Shown here piece after piece: positions 37,085 to 48,180 of a DNA stretch of 64,000 nucleotides. A program made the translations under genes and the position numbers. A model generated the notes under the pieces. The model saw only the letters and a list, made by a program, of their open reading frames with translations, did no database searches and was not told the origin of the DNA. The stretch comes from Malacoraja senta (Eukaryota): positions 4,032,001 to 4,096,000 of the forward strand of contig CM075990.1 of NCBI GenBank assembly GCA_038087875.1, given 5' to 3'. How positions within the stretch are numbered: position 1 is the stretch's first letter; the number at the start of each line of letters is the position of its first letter.

Positions 37085-37575
37085 GGCAGAGAAGATTTAC
37101 GAGGATGTTGCCAGGACTCATGGGCCTGATCGCCAGGACTCAAGGGCCCGAGCTATAGGGAGAGGTTGGGCAGGCTAGGACAGTGTTCCTTGGAACGCAG
37201 GAGGATTAGGGGCGATCTTATCAAGGTGTATAAAATCATGAGGGGAATAGAAAGGGTAAATGGACAGTCTTTTACCCAGAGTGGGGGAATCAAGAACCAG
37301 AGGACATAGGTTTAAGTTGAGAAGGGCATAATTTAATATGAACCTAAGGGGGGGGCAACTTTTTCCACACAGAGAGTGTTGGGTATGTAGAACGAGCTAC
37401 CAGAGGAGGTAGTTGAGGGAGGTACGATCACATTTACAAGGCATGTGGACAGATACAGGGACAGATACATCAAAGGTTTAAAGGGATATGGGTCAAAAGC
37501 AGGCAGGTGGAACAGTGTAGATGGGGTACCTTGGTCAGTTGCACCAAAGGGCCTGTTTCCATGCTGTATGACTAG
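37085..37575 (+). mobile_element. Degenerate CR1 3' fragment
   Basis: cagagaagatttacgaggatgttgccagg...gggcctgtttccatgctgtatg, homologous to 1210-1670. Confidence 0.85.
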
Positions 37576-37719
37576 AACTTAAAAGTAATCAAAACCACTT
37601 CCACATGGAAAGCAAATCAATGACTAAAGTTATTCTAAATTTAATCTACACAAGAAATATTTCCTAAATGTTTCCTTGAATCAGTAATATAGCTTCATAG
37701 TCTACTAGTTTTCACACAC

Positions 37720-37906
37720 CTCAGGGATTCGGAGAGTGGTGTTAAAGTGCCATCCCCACGATCTACAACTCGAAAGAAATTTAACTGGTCCCCTTCACGA
37801 TATACTAGAAAGGTCACTTGCTTGTTAGAAGGGATCTTATCCCAGATGTCATCTCGACTGGTCTCCATGTATTCAGCCATATCTCTAGTTGGATCTTCCA
37901 CTGGAA
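37720..37906 (-). CDS. ZFAND4: ZFAND4 coding exon 4 (VPVEDPTRDMAEY...QVTFLVYREGDQLNFFRVVDRGDGTLTPLSESL)
   Basis: ttttgtAG acceptor, AG|GTGTGT donor, 187 nt, phases compatible; conserved ZFAND4 motif in ORF 37695..38102. Confidence 0.95.
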
Positions 37907-40900
37907 CTACAAAACATGGATGGACATAAATGGAAATATTTGAACAAATTACAAGGGGCAAAGACAGTGTATTTGCATATATCTCCCTCCAAAAGAACAT
38001 GAGTGGAATAGTTAGGTTGTTACAACCATCTGGTAGTTCCAAGGTTATAATAACTGATGAGAAGACAAGGAATTGCAGATGCTGGAATCTTGCATGGAGC
38101 ACAAAGTTTTGGGTCGGGACCCATCTTCAGGTGGGTCCAGCGCTTTGTGTTCCATGTTATAATTACTGATGGCTGCTTATAATTCATTTATTTTTAATTA
38201 TTAGAATCTAAATTCTGCAGCTCCCATTACAGGGTTCAAGCACGCGGATTAATAGTTCAGTGCCTTGGGTGCCAGAACAGTAACTTAACCACTATTAAGT
38301 GGGGAAAGGGATAAAAGGAGGTAAATCTTCACAGGCTCACAAGGCATTATAACATGGACCAAGTGTATCTCATAACACTATTCATTACCAGTGGAAAACA
38401 ATACAAACGGATCGCTTTGCATTCTACAAGTTCAAATTCCAGATCACAACAGCTACGTTAATCCTTCCAGCCGTTTGTGTTTCTTGGCCACCTAAGACGG
38501 TCAAATGTCCATTATACACAAGATCACAGTTTAGGTATAGGTTCAGAATTGTCACGTGTACCGAGGTTGGTAAAGCTTGGTTTTACATGCTATTCAAGCA
38601 AATCAAGCCTCACTCAATACATAACAATCATGCCTCACTCAAATACAATAGACAAAGCAAAGGAACAGATAGTGCAGAATATAGTTCTCAGCATTGGAGC
38701 ACAATAGATTGTTGCATCTAACTGTAGAGAGAAAAGCATGGGCTAGTTGTGCAATGGCAGAGGGAATTACAGTAAGAAAGAAAATTGCTTAAAAATTAAT
38801 TGAGATTGTTGCATAATTGTCCCATCCCAAATGGACTCCACTGAATAAAATTGTGACCAGTGCATGCACTTCCCTTGATTAAGTGGTTTATGCAAGGAAT
38901 GCAATCCTAGAAAATATTTCCTAAATTGAATGTGTGCAAATACTAGGGGTAATTTAACAAAATGTACTCCTCCGTGGCGAGGCGGTTTTCAATCTCCTGG
39001 TTATTTAAGTGACCTGACAGACAGCAAGATAAATCGCACCATCAGGATATTTCTCCATGTCCTGAGCGTCCTCAGGCTCAGCCTTTTCCCGACAGCTGTC
39101 TGGGAAAGGTGCATCCTCTCCTGGTTGGATTTCCTCAGCCATAAATTGAACTCTGCTAATAGGCAAGTTGGGCAAGATCCAGCATACTAAAACTCAGTAT
39201 CTACATCCAGTTTCACATCCTACATGTAGCATCTACATCCGCTGACTGGTTGAAACACAACAGTAACTCGGAACACGTGACAATAAACTAAACTATTTGC
39301 AATGTACCACTCTGTGCCCTCAGACTTGTGCAGACAGTGGTCTTGCCAACAGGATTCCCCACTAGGATCTGGCTGTGCTGAGACCTTTGCTGTAACAAAG
39401 CTCCAGCGGGTGTGAATAAGGCAAGTACAGGCCCCAGAGTAATCACTGTCACTGAAGGCCCAGCACAGTGCAAGGCAACTAGCAAAGTAGACTCACTGAC
39501 AATGAAGCAGAAATGCAACTTCCACATGCATGCCATGACCTGTCGAGCAAGAATTAACCCTCTTAATTCAGTCCTGATTTCTAACAAGCATACATGCAAT
39601 TGATCGCCACCTCATACTATGACGTACTATCCTCTTCACTGAAGTGGAAGAAGTCCCTTCTTCTTAGAAAGAAACGCTTAATTAACATATTAAAATATTT
39701 ACATCACTTTCATTCATGTTCAAATCATTTTCATCATCGGTCCAGGATGTACTGTAGCCCCGGCAGTGGCCACTGGCCAAGGAAGGCCTTCAGAGAGCCA
39801 GTGGACCTCCAGTGCTCCCTCTCCAGGGACACCAAAGCATGAATGCCCCTTCTTCTTCACCACCAGTCACCATGAGCTATGGCTTGGATCATCTTGAACA
39901 ATCCCAAGATTGAAAGTAACAGTGACTTTGACTTCCATAGCCAAAGCAGCTCAGGCAGTGTGAAAGCAGCAGAATATTACACATCACAATGATGAGCAGG
40001 CCAACTCTGCAGAGATGTAGATAGTGTAGATGGGGCATGTTGGTTGGTGTTGGTAAGTTGAGCAGAGGGGCCTGATTCCACGCTGTATGACTTGTGTACT
40101 TCATGGCGATGTCAAGATGATAATAAGTGTATTTGCGGATATGATGGGATCTTTGAATATGTGCATTTCTCAGTGTCCTCTTTCTGGTTGCCTGAAGCCA
40201 CCTTCATCATCTGGTATGAAGGCCAGGAGGATTACATCACATTCCACTTCAGGTAAAATACATTTTCCGTCAAACTTATTGTTTTCAACCTAGTCGTTAG
40301 TCACTAATGTTTATGTAGCAGTATTCCTATTCTCAGAAGATCCCAAAGCGCGTCACCAGCATTAAACTTTTTCTGAAGTGTAGTTACTCTTGTTACATAC
40401 AATAGCAAATGGGTGCCGTATGAGTCCAAAGTCGCAGTCAGAAGTGCCGCATTAAAACTGTGACAAGAGCGGGCAGTCCTGAATGTCATCAAGCCAGCAC
40501 TATTAGATCTTACACATTCACCTGAACTAGCACAGCGATACTTCAAATGTCTCACCGAAAACAGGAGCCTGCTTGCTCCACTAAACTGCCTACATTAACT
40601 GAAGTTGGCTTTGAACATACAAAAGAAAAAGGTAGTATTCTGCAGGGAATCAATTAGGTAGATGGTAGAGGGCCAAGCAGGTGGCAGTGTGAAAGGCAAA
40701 AGAAACTCAATTGATGTAAATCCCACTGTGCAGACACAGTAATCTGGAAGTTGAACAATATTTCAGCATGCAGGCTATAAATAGGACTAATAAAATAGAT
40801 CTTTCAAAGAGTAAGCATAAAGAAAATGGGTGAATAATGTCTGGTCATTTTCTAGTCTAGGCATTTTCAGTTTTCTAGTAACCACTGTATAGTTTAGTTT

Positions 40901-42328
40901 AGAGATACAGCGTAGATACAGGGCCTTTGCCCACCGAGTTCACGCCAATCAGCGATCATCTGTACACTAGTTCTATCCTACACACTAGGGCCAATTTACC
41001 GGCCAGTTAACCTACAACCGACCGTCTTTAGGATGGAAACCGGAGCACCTGGAGAAAGTCCACGTGGTCACAGGGAGAATGCACAAACTCCGTACAGACA
41101 GCAGGATCGAACCCGGGTCTCTGGCACGGTGAGGCAGCAACTCCACTGCTGCGCCACACTGTATAGTGTATCTCACGTGTACAACTTTGTTTCTCATTCT
41201 CCCTCATTCACTTCCATTTATTTACACTCCTCCAGACAGATCAACTATAATAACAAGCATCATCACCCTCTCTAAGATTACACCAACACCATTTGTCACC
41301 CAAACTAGGTTCACCCCCCCCCCCCCGCCATCTACACCCCTTCCGCTCCTAGTTACTTCAAACATAATCATCTCTCACTTTTCTGATTCAGTTGAAAAAT
41401 CATGAATCATAAAAATGTTAACTGTCTCTCCCCAGATGCTGTGTGTCCTGTCGACCTGCTCCAGCATTTTCCATTTTCATTTCATATTTCCAGCAATTGC
41501 AAGTTTTTGCTTTAAAATTACTCCTCAATGCTGGCTGATTTCATAGTAAGGTGGAGTTATAGGCAGGCCAGAAGTGAACAAGGAGAGGAGCAGGCAGTTT
41601 AGCAAGAATAAAAGCAAGGGAAAGAAATTAGGCGGCAAGTTATTCATTGGAATTCTAAGGCATGTGAAGAGGTCAAGCAAATATTTCTTCAAAAAACTTG
41701 AAGTAAGGATCCCTATGCACAAGTGTACAATTTCTTTAATCAGAGGGTGGTGAATCTGTGGAATTCTTTGCCACAAAAGGCTGTGGCGGCCATCAATGAA
41801 TATATTTAAGGTGGAGAGGGATACATTCTTGGTTAGTACAGGTGTCAGGGGTAATGGGGAGAAGACAGGAGAATGGGGTTGAGAGGGAAAGATAGAACAG
41901 CTACGATCGAATTGCAGACTAGTCTTGACGGCCGAATGGCCTAATTCTGCTCCTACAGCTTATGAACTGATACAACCAAAGATAACAAACAAACCTGAAG
42001 AGACAGGGTAGAGTAAGGTGAGGAAGTCTGTGGTGACAGGAACAATACTGCTAACATAGAGAAGTTTGAATCAATTTCCATGATTGAAAATTTGATTCCA
42101 CAACCCTACATCAACAGATTCCAATCCCATCAGCTGATTAATAGCACCAATGCTCACGTCTTCCTCAAAAGAAAACCTAGTTTCTGCCCATCAACAAAGC
42201 TATTTCATCAACAGTCATAGGTGGTGTTCATCATCATTCATCAAGCTTGCTGAAGAAAGGAGATAGCCAAGTTAACGAATAAAGAGAAGACAATTACATT
42301 TTCCTTAAAGTTGGCACTCTTTACTTAC

Positions 42329-42396
42329 CCCTTCTGGTATTTATAGGTCCCCCTCTCATGGCAAGCACCAGTTTAAGAGTACAACCTTCTGATATA
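42329..42396 (-). CDS. ZFAND4: ZFAND4 coding exon 3 (ISEGCTLKLVLAMRGGPINTRR; end of UBL with RGG)
   Basis: tattgcAG acceptor, G|GTAAGT donor, 68 nt; ubiquitin-like C-terminus LVLAMRGG. Confidence 0.96.
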
Positions 42397-42827
42397 CTGC
42401 AATAGAAGACAGCACACTGTGATAAACTAATGGTGACCTCTGTTCCACACTGCAACTGTAATGGCTGATCCAATGGTTTCTTGAATAATCCACATAAACA
42501 CAATTATATTTTTTCAAAATCTTAAGTGGCATCTGGTAAAATGTAGATGTCCACACTGGTTTTACATGGTCATATTTCTGATAGGAGAACAACGTTCTTG
42601 GAAGTTTGTGTCATATCTGTTGACCATATTTGACAAGATGGAGACCAAGAGGAAACAGGATCAGATGTGTGGCAAAATTGCTTTATGCTGATCTTGACTT
42701 TTGATCCAACTATGTGCTTTAAGCTTATTTTTTTTCCATAAAAGAAAGGCATTGTTTCAAATATTAACAGTTCAACTGGAGAGAAACACCCAAGGTGTTT
42801 TCTTTTAAACAAATAAGATCAACTTAC

Positions 42828-42904
42828 TTGTAGTCTTGTAAACAGTATTCATCTTCAAGTTCCAAGTTGTTCCAGGATGAGATGTTGCTGTGCTATGGAA
42901 ATGC
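42828..42904 (-). CDS. ZFAND4: ZFAND4 coding exon 2 (GISIAQQHLI-WNNLELEDEYCLQDYN), with an apparent 1-nt insertion
   Basis: Acceptor atacatAG|GC, donor CAA|GTAAGT. Clear UBL-domain homology but 77 nt long; the homologous frame switches at ATC-C-TGG (42875-42876). Confidence 0.92.
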
Positions 42905-45900
42905 CTATGTATTAAAAAAGGAGTATTAAAGGCAAGATAAGAGAGCGTCATGGTGCATCCCATTCATAATCAGGCTGTTTCACTCGCACTGCTTCCTTGT
43001 GTCTTTGCCAACTACCACAAATGTCAGCAAGGACTTTATTGGGTCACGAACAAGTGTAGGTTAATTGGCCTCCCCGCCTCTGGTGTGTAGGGAATGGATG
43101 AGAAAGTTGGATAACATAGAACTGGTGTCAGGGTGATCGTTGGTTCAGCGTGGGCTGAAGGGCCTATTTCCACGCTGTATCTCTAACAGTAGATCGATCT
43201 AATCTGAGAGAGAATATTGGCTATTCCTTCCAAGACATACATATCTATTCCAAGCAAACAAGACAAAAATTGAACACAGCATGCCAGGGGCATCAACTGC
43301 ATAAACGCGATAAGAATTCTTTACCTGTATTCCAAGCACTTTGAATACAGCATCTGTGGAGGGTATGGACAGATGACGTTTCAGGTGGGGCACCTTATTC
43401 AGACTGTCGACTCATTCGTCTGTGGAAGGATCCCCACCCAAAACATTCCCTCCACTGATGCTGCCTGACACACGTGTTCCTCCAGCACTTTGTTTTTTGC
43501 CCTTTGTATTAACGGCTTGCTGAACCTGCACTCGATGATTTGTGCACCAAGAAACTCATGCTCCACTGACGACCGTATCTCCAAAGTAGACCTTTGATTT
43601 TCCGGCACCCTTGGTTCCAGAACCTCGCCGGATTATCCGTTTTGCCAGACCAATAATTCAACAATTTCTCTCTGACCTACTAATTATACCCGTCCTGTAT
43701 CTCTAAAGCACCATGGACTGCTTGAAACTTAAATAAAGAATTAACAGTTAACAGAGCAGTAAACCTTATCGGGACGAAAGAGCGTGCGCCATACTCTCTC
43801 ATAATTTTATCCGGATTAAAGGAAGTGACAGACCATCAGTTGCCGGAAAAATTGATAGTGGAGCTGTATTCTCTTCCAAAGTAGACAACTTTACAATACT
43901 TCAAATTACATCCCAGCTGTTATATTCATGGTCATTCACAAACATTATATATGCCTTTGTGACCAACTATGTTCTCCTCTACTTTATTTCCTGTCTGGCT
44001 GCATTTGGTCAGCAAACTTGGATACATTGACTGTCCCACTCAATCATGCCATTCACGGGAACTGAATAGTTGAGGCTCAATTATTGATCACAATATCCTT
44101 CTTCTTACAGATGATCAATCCAAGTGACCAATTTTCTCACAGAGAGTGGTGAGTCTGTGGAATTCTCTGCCTCAGAAGGCGGTGGAGGCAGGTTCTCTGG
44201 ATGCTCTCAAGAGAGCGATAGATAGGGCTCTTAAAAATAGCGGAGTCATGGGGATATGGGGAGAAGGCAGGAACGGGGTACTGATTGGGGATGATCAGCC
44301 TTGATCACATTGAATGGCGGTGCTGGCTCGAAGGGCCGAATGGCTATCGTCTATTATTCCTAATGTTTTGTAGTAACTAACTTTCAACCTTATAAATATG
44401 TCACCACCAGTTCGATAGACCTAATCTTGTGTATCGCCTTAACCGAATGCCTTAAAAAAAAAAAATACAAATGCACCACATTTCACTGGGAAACTATATA
44501 CTACGCTTTGAGTTACAAACTAAGAAGCTCTTATTTGTCACACACTATTTCCCTTTTACAAATATGTCCCTTCATATCAATTTCTCAACTGCCCCATTAA
44601 CCAATTAGGGCGACATACTGGCGCAGTAGAGTTGCTGCCTTATAGCGCCAGAGTTCAATCCTGACTACGGCTATGGTGGATGTTTATGTTAACTTTTATG
44701 TAGTTGTGTGTCTTGTTGCTTTTTTTTTAGTATGCCTGTATGGTAATTCGAATTTCACTGTACCTTAATTGGTACATGTGACAATAAACTGACCTTGAAA
44801 CCCTATATGTTCGGAGTTTGTACGTTCTCCCCGTGGGTTTTCTCCGGGTGCTACGGTTTCCTCCCACACTCCAAATATGTGCAGGTTTGTAGATGAATTT
44901 GACTTTGGTAAACATTGTAAATTGTCCCTAACCTGTAGGATAGTGCTAGTGTACGAGCATCTGAAGGGCCCATCTCCACGCTGTATCACTAAACTGAACT
45001 AAAGAAAACCACAACTCAGTGAGAGACTGCAGTGTTTTCTCTGCTACTTATATCAGGGTAACTGGCCAGAGGCTTCACCATTCTCACACTCCCTCTTTTC
45101 AGATCATTCTGAAATGCACAAAATGCTAAAGATCAAGGCAAAAGCGTGCAGCAACTCCGCAGCCACCAATTAAAATTCAAGCAAGTGGGTCATTAATTTC
45201 CCCACTTTATTGCCTTATTGCTATTTTCATAATGGCATTGCTACTTTTTTTTGAAGTTCTTGAATGCATTTGAGTGTATGAATCTGTATTTCTCATCAAT
45301 GCCCGTGCCACTGCCTTCATCTCCATTATAATTTTACCAGCTTCCTGCATTAATTTTGTTAATCACTTTTCTGCAAAACCAGTGAAGCTTTTACAATCTA
45401 CCGTTATTGCCTATTCACTCTCATTCTATTTTATGTTAATATGTTGGTCAGCACATACTGTATAATATGCAGACACAAAATGCTGGAGTAACTCAGAGGG
45501 TGAGGCAGCATCTATGGAGAGAAGGAATGGGTGACATTTCGGGTCGAGATCCTTCTTCAGACTGAGGAATTCAAACTGTATAATACATGCATTGGATGGG
45601 GAAGGAAACAAGAGGAGAAAATTAAATTCTGCACACAACTGAGGTTAAGGTTCCTTCTAAAAAGCTTTTGTAGTACACTGTAATTATCACCTGAGGGATT
45701 AAGTCAGCACTTCAGAAAGAACCTACGTAGCAAAGGTGTGCAGTTTGCTCCAAAAACCACTAACATGTGCTCAATGGTTTGAAAGCATTTAGCAGTGGCT
45801 TCTGCAAGGGGTTGGGAGAGGAAAAAGCAATGGGGTGCCTCAACATGATTTGCATGGCAAGAGTTTAAACAAAGGGAAATGAGTTTTAGGTTAGTTTAGA

Positions 45901-45972
45901 GATACACGCGGAAACAGGCCCTTTGGCCCACTGAGTCCGCACCGACCAGCAATCCCCGCACACTAACACTAA

Positions 45973-48180
45973 TGGGCCTGTCTCACTTAGGCGACTGCAG
46001 GAGACTATGCAGTTGCCACATGTTCGCGGGTGGTTGCTGGGGAGTCGCCTTCATGGTCGTGAGGAGTTCCCGCATTCCGGGAACTATTCGTGGCCACATT
46101 ATGGTCGCCGTGAATTTCTCAACATGTTAGTGCCGACTAGAATGAAGCTGCCATGGAGAGTAGCGAGAATTCTCGAGCCGTAGGTGGGTCGCCAGGAGGT
46201 CCTAATGAGTTTCCAGGAGGTCGAATGTTGTCGGAGGTTGTAGCCGGTGCATACCGGTGGATTTAATTGGCTCATTGGGGGAAAAAAAGGTAAGCAGTAG
46301 TTTTCAGAACCAAGGATAACCGACCGGTAATGTTAAATGTCCGCCAAGCTTCACAGCCGTGTATCTCTAGCTTAGTAAAAGTTGTCTCCACTCCTCCCCC
46401 ACTCTTTTGAAGGACTTACTGTACACTGTGCTTTAGCCGTCTTTTTACAGCGCCAACCTTCGTGTTCATCGCGATGTGTGTGCCTGTTTCACCTTGGCTT
46501 TGCATTTCTCCCCTGCCTGCATAATGGGCTGGCGAAGGTGTGTGTGTGTGTGTGTGCCGTCAGGGTAGGCAAGTTAGACACTTATGATCTGGCACTTAAA
46601 TTATCAAATGGTAAATATTAAATATAAATAGTAAAGGCACGGGAGAATTATCCCTACCTAAGAGATCGATCTCTAAGGTAGGTATAATTCTCCTGTGCCT
46701 TTCATCCGCAGTAGTTGAAACACGCGAAAGTACGTGCAGCTGACGTGCTGTCGACGCTGCTTCAAGCCTTCAATGACAAGGGGAGGCAAATTTCTTTGAG
46801 CTATGTTTTTAAATACCGTATTTCCCGGCAATGAAGACGCTATTTTTTACCCAAAAATAAGGCACGAAAATTTACCTGGAAGCAGGTTAGGTTGTTAGCC
46901 AAGAAAGAAAGACTTGGCTATCCCTCAGTACACAACATCAAGAACGATGTCGCTGTACTACGGGATAGCCAAGTCTATCCCTCATTGCTGGCAGCTCATG
47001 TGAAGCAGTGGGAAGCGGCTGCAAAAGGACAGCGCCATTGGGGGGGGGGGGGGAGTTCCTTTCACAGCGTGTGGGGAGTCTCGCCAGGGATAAAGTTGCG
47101 GGGGCAGGAGCATTGAGAAGGAGGGGGTCGGGGATCATGCCAGAAACTCACTCACCGCTGCCGCGGCCCTCCAGGCGCGGAGCCACCGCATTGTGGCCAG
47201 GGAGGGAAGTAGCTCGGGTGGCTGCGAGCGGCCGCCGGGACTGGACAGCGGAACTGACCGCCATCTCAGCGCCTTCTGCCAGCCTGTGTCAGCGTGAACA
47301 AGGGACCAATTGAGGTTATTCGCGCGGACACAGGAGTAAGCTCCGCCGCCCCCACTGCCCAAAGGTGAGCGGGCCGGCAGAAGGTGCTGAGATGGCGGTC
47401 GGTTCCGCTGTCCGGTCCCGACGGCCGCTCGCAGCCACCCGAGCTACTTCCCTCCCCGGCCACAATGTGGTGGCTCTGCGCCTGGAGTGCTGCGGCAGCG
47501 GTGAGCGAGTGAGTTACTGGCATGACCCCCGACACCTTGCATCTCAACGCTCCAGCCCTCCCCGCAACTTTACCCCTGGCCAGACTCCCCACATGCTGTG
47601 AAAGGAACTCTCCCCCTAATTGGTCCCTTGAACTAGTATTGTCATTCAATAAGATCACAACTGATTCAACTTGTCCCGGTGTGCTCCCGTCTTTCCCACC
47701 ATCTCTCCACCTACCATCACCCTCCACCCCCCACCCATTCAGTAATTCAGAATGAAGGAGATTTGGAAGCCTTGGGCAAATTGACTTGTTACTTTCTTTA
47801 TTTTTATTTATTTATTTTTGAGCGTGAGAAATTCTATGTCCCGCCAGCCTTCTTTCAAAATTTAGCAGCTCAAAATGGGGGTGCGTCTTCCACGCAGGTG
47901 CATCTTCATTGCCGGGAAATACGATACTTTATTAAGAGATAGGGCTTTTGAAGACTTTATAAAAGTCGACTGACAGCTTACGGAGAGGAGAACAATCTGT
48001 GCATTCGTGGTTTAGGATTTTTTAAAAGCAGACTGACTGCCTACCCTGAGTAATTACTCACGGCACGTGCCTGGTGTGTGCGTGTTCCACTCTGACAGTC
48101 GCCGTTCCAATTGCCGATTTTTCAGGCGACTGGCAGTCGTCGGCAGTCCACTGAAAAATCGCCTAAGTGGGACGGGCCCA
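45973..48180. mobile_element. Harbinger-like non-autonomous DNA element inserted in an HE1-like SINE, itself hosting a pogo/Tigger-like element
   Basis: TIRs tgggcctgtctcacttaggcga / tcgcctaagtgggacgggccca with TAA/TTA flanks; SINE halves at 45890-45970 and 48184-48310. Confidence 0.8.
46816..47924. mobile_element. Tc1/mariner (pogo/Tigger-like) non-autonomous element, TA TSD, with internal long inverted repeat
   Basis: 25-bp TIRs ccgtatttcccggcaatgaagacgc / gcatcttcattgccgggaaatacga flanked by TA (46814-46815, 47925-47926). Confidence 0.85.

Noticed and set aside
43560..43865. Possible Tigger-like MITE
   Set aside because: Only one end (cagctccactatc) is clear and the other is rearranged; TIR/TSD not supportable.
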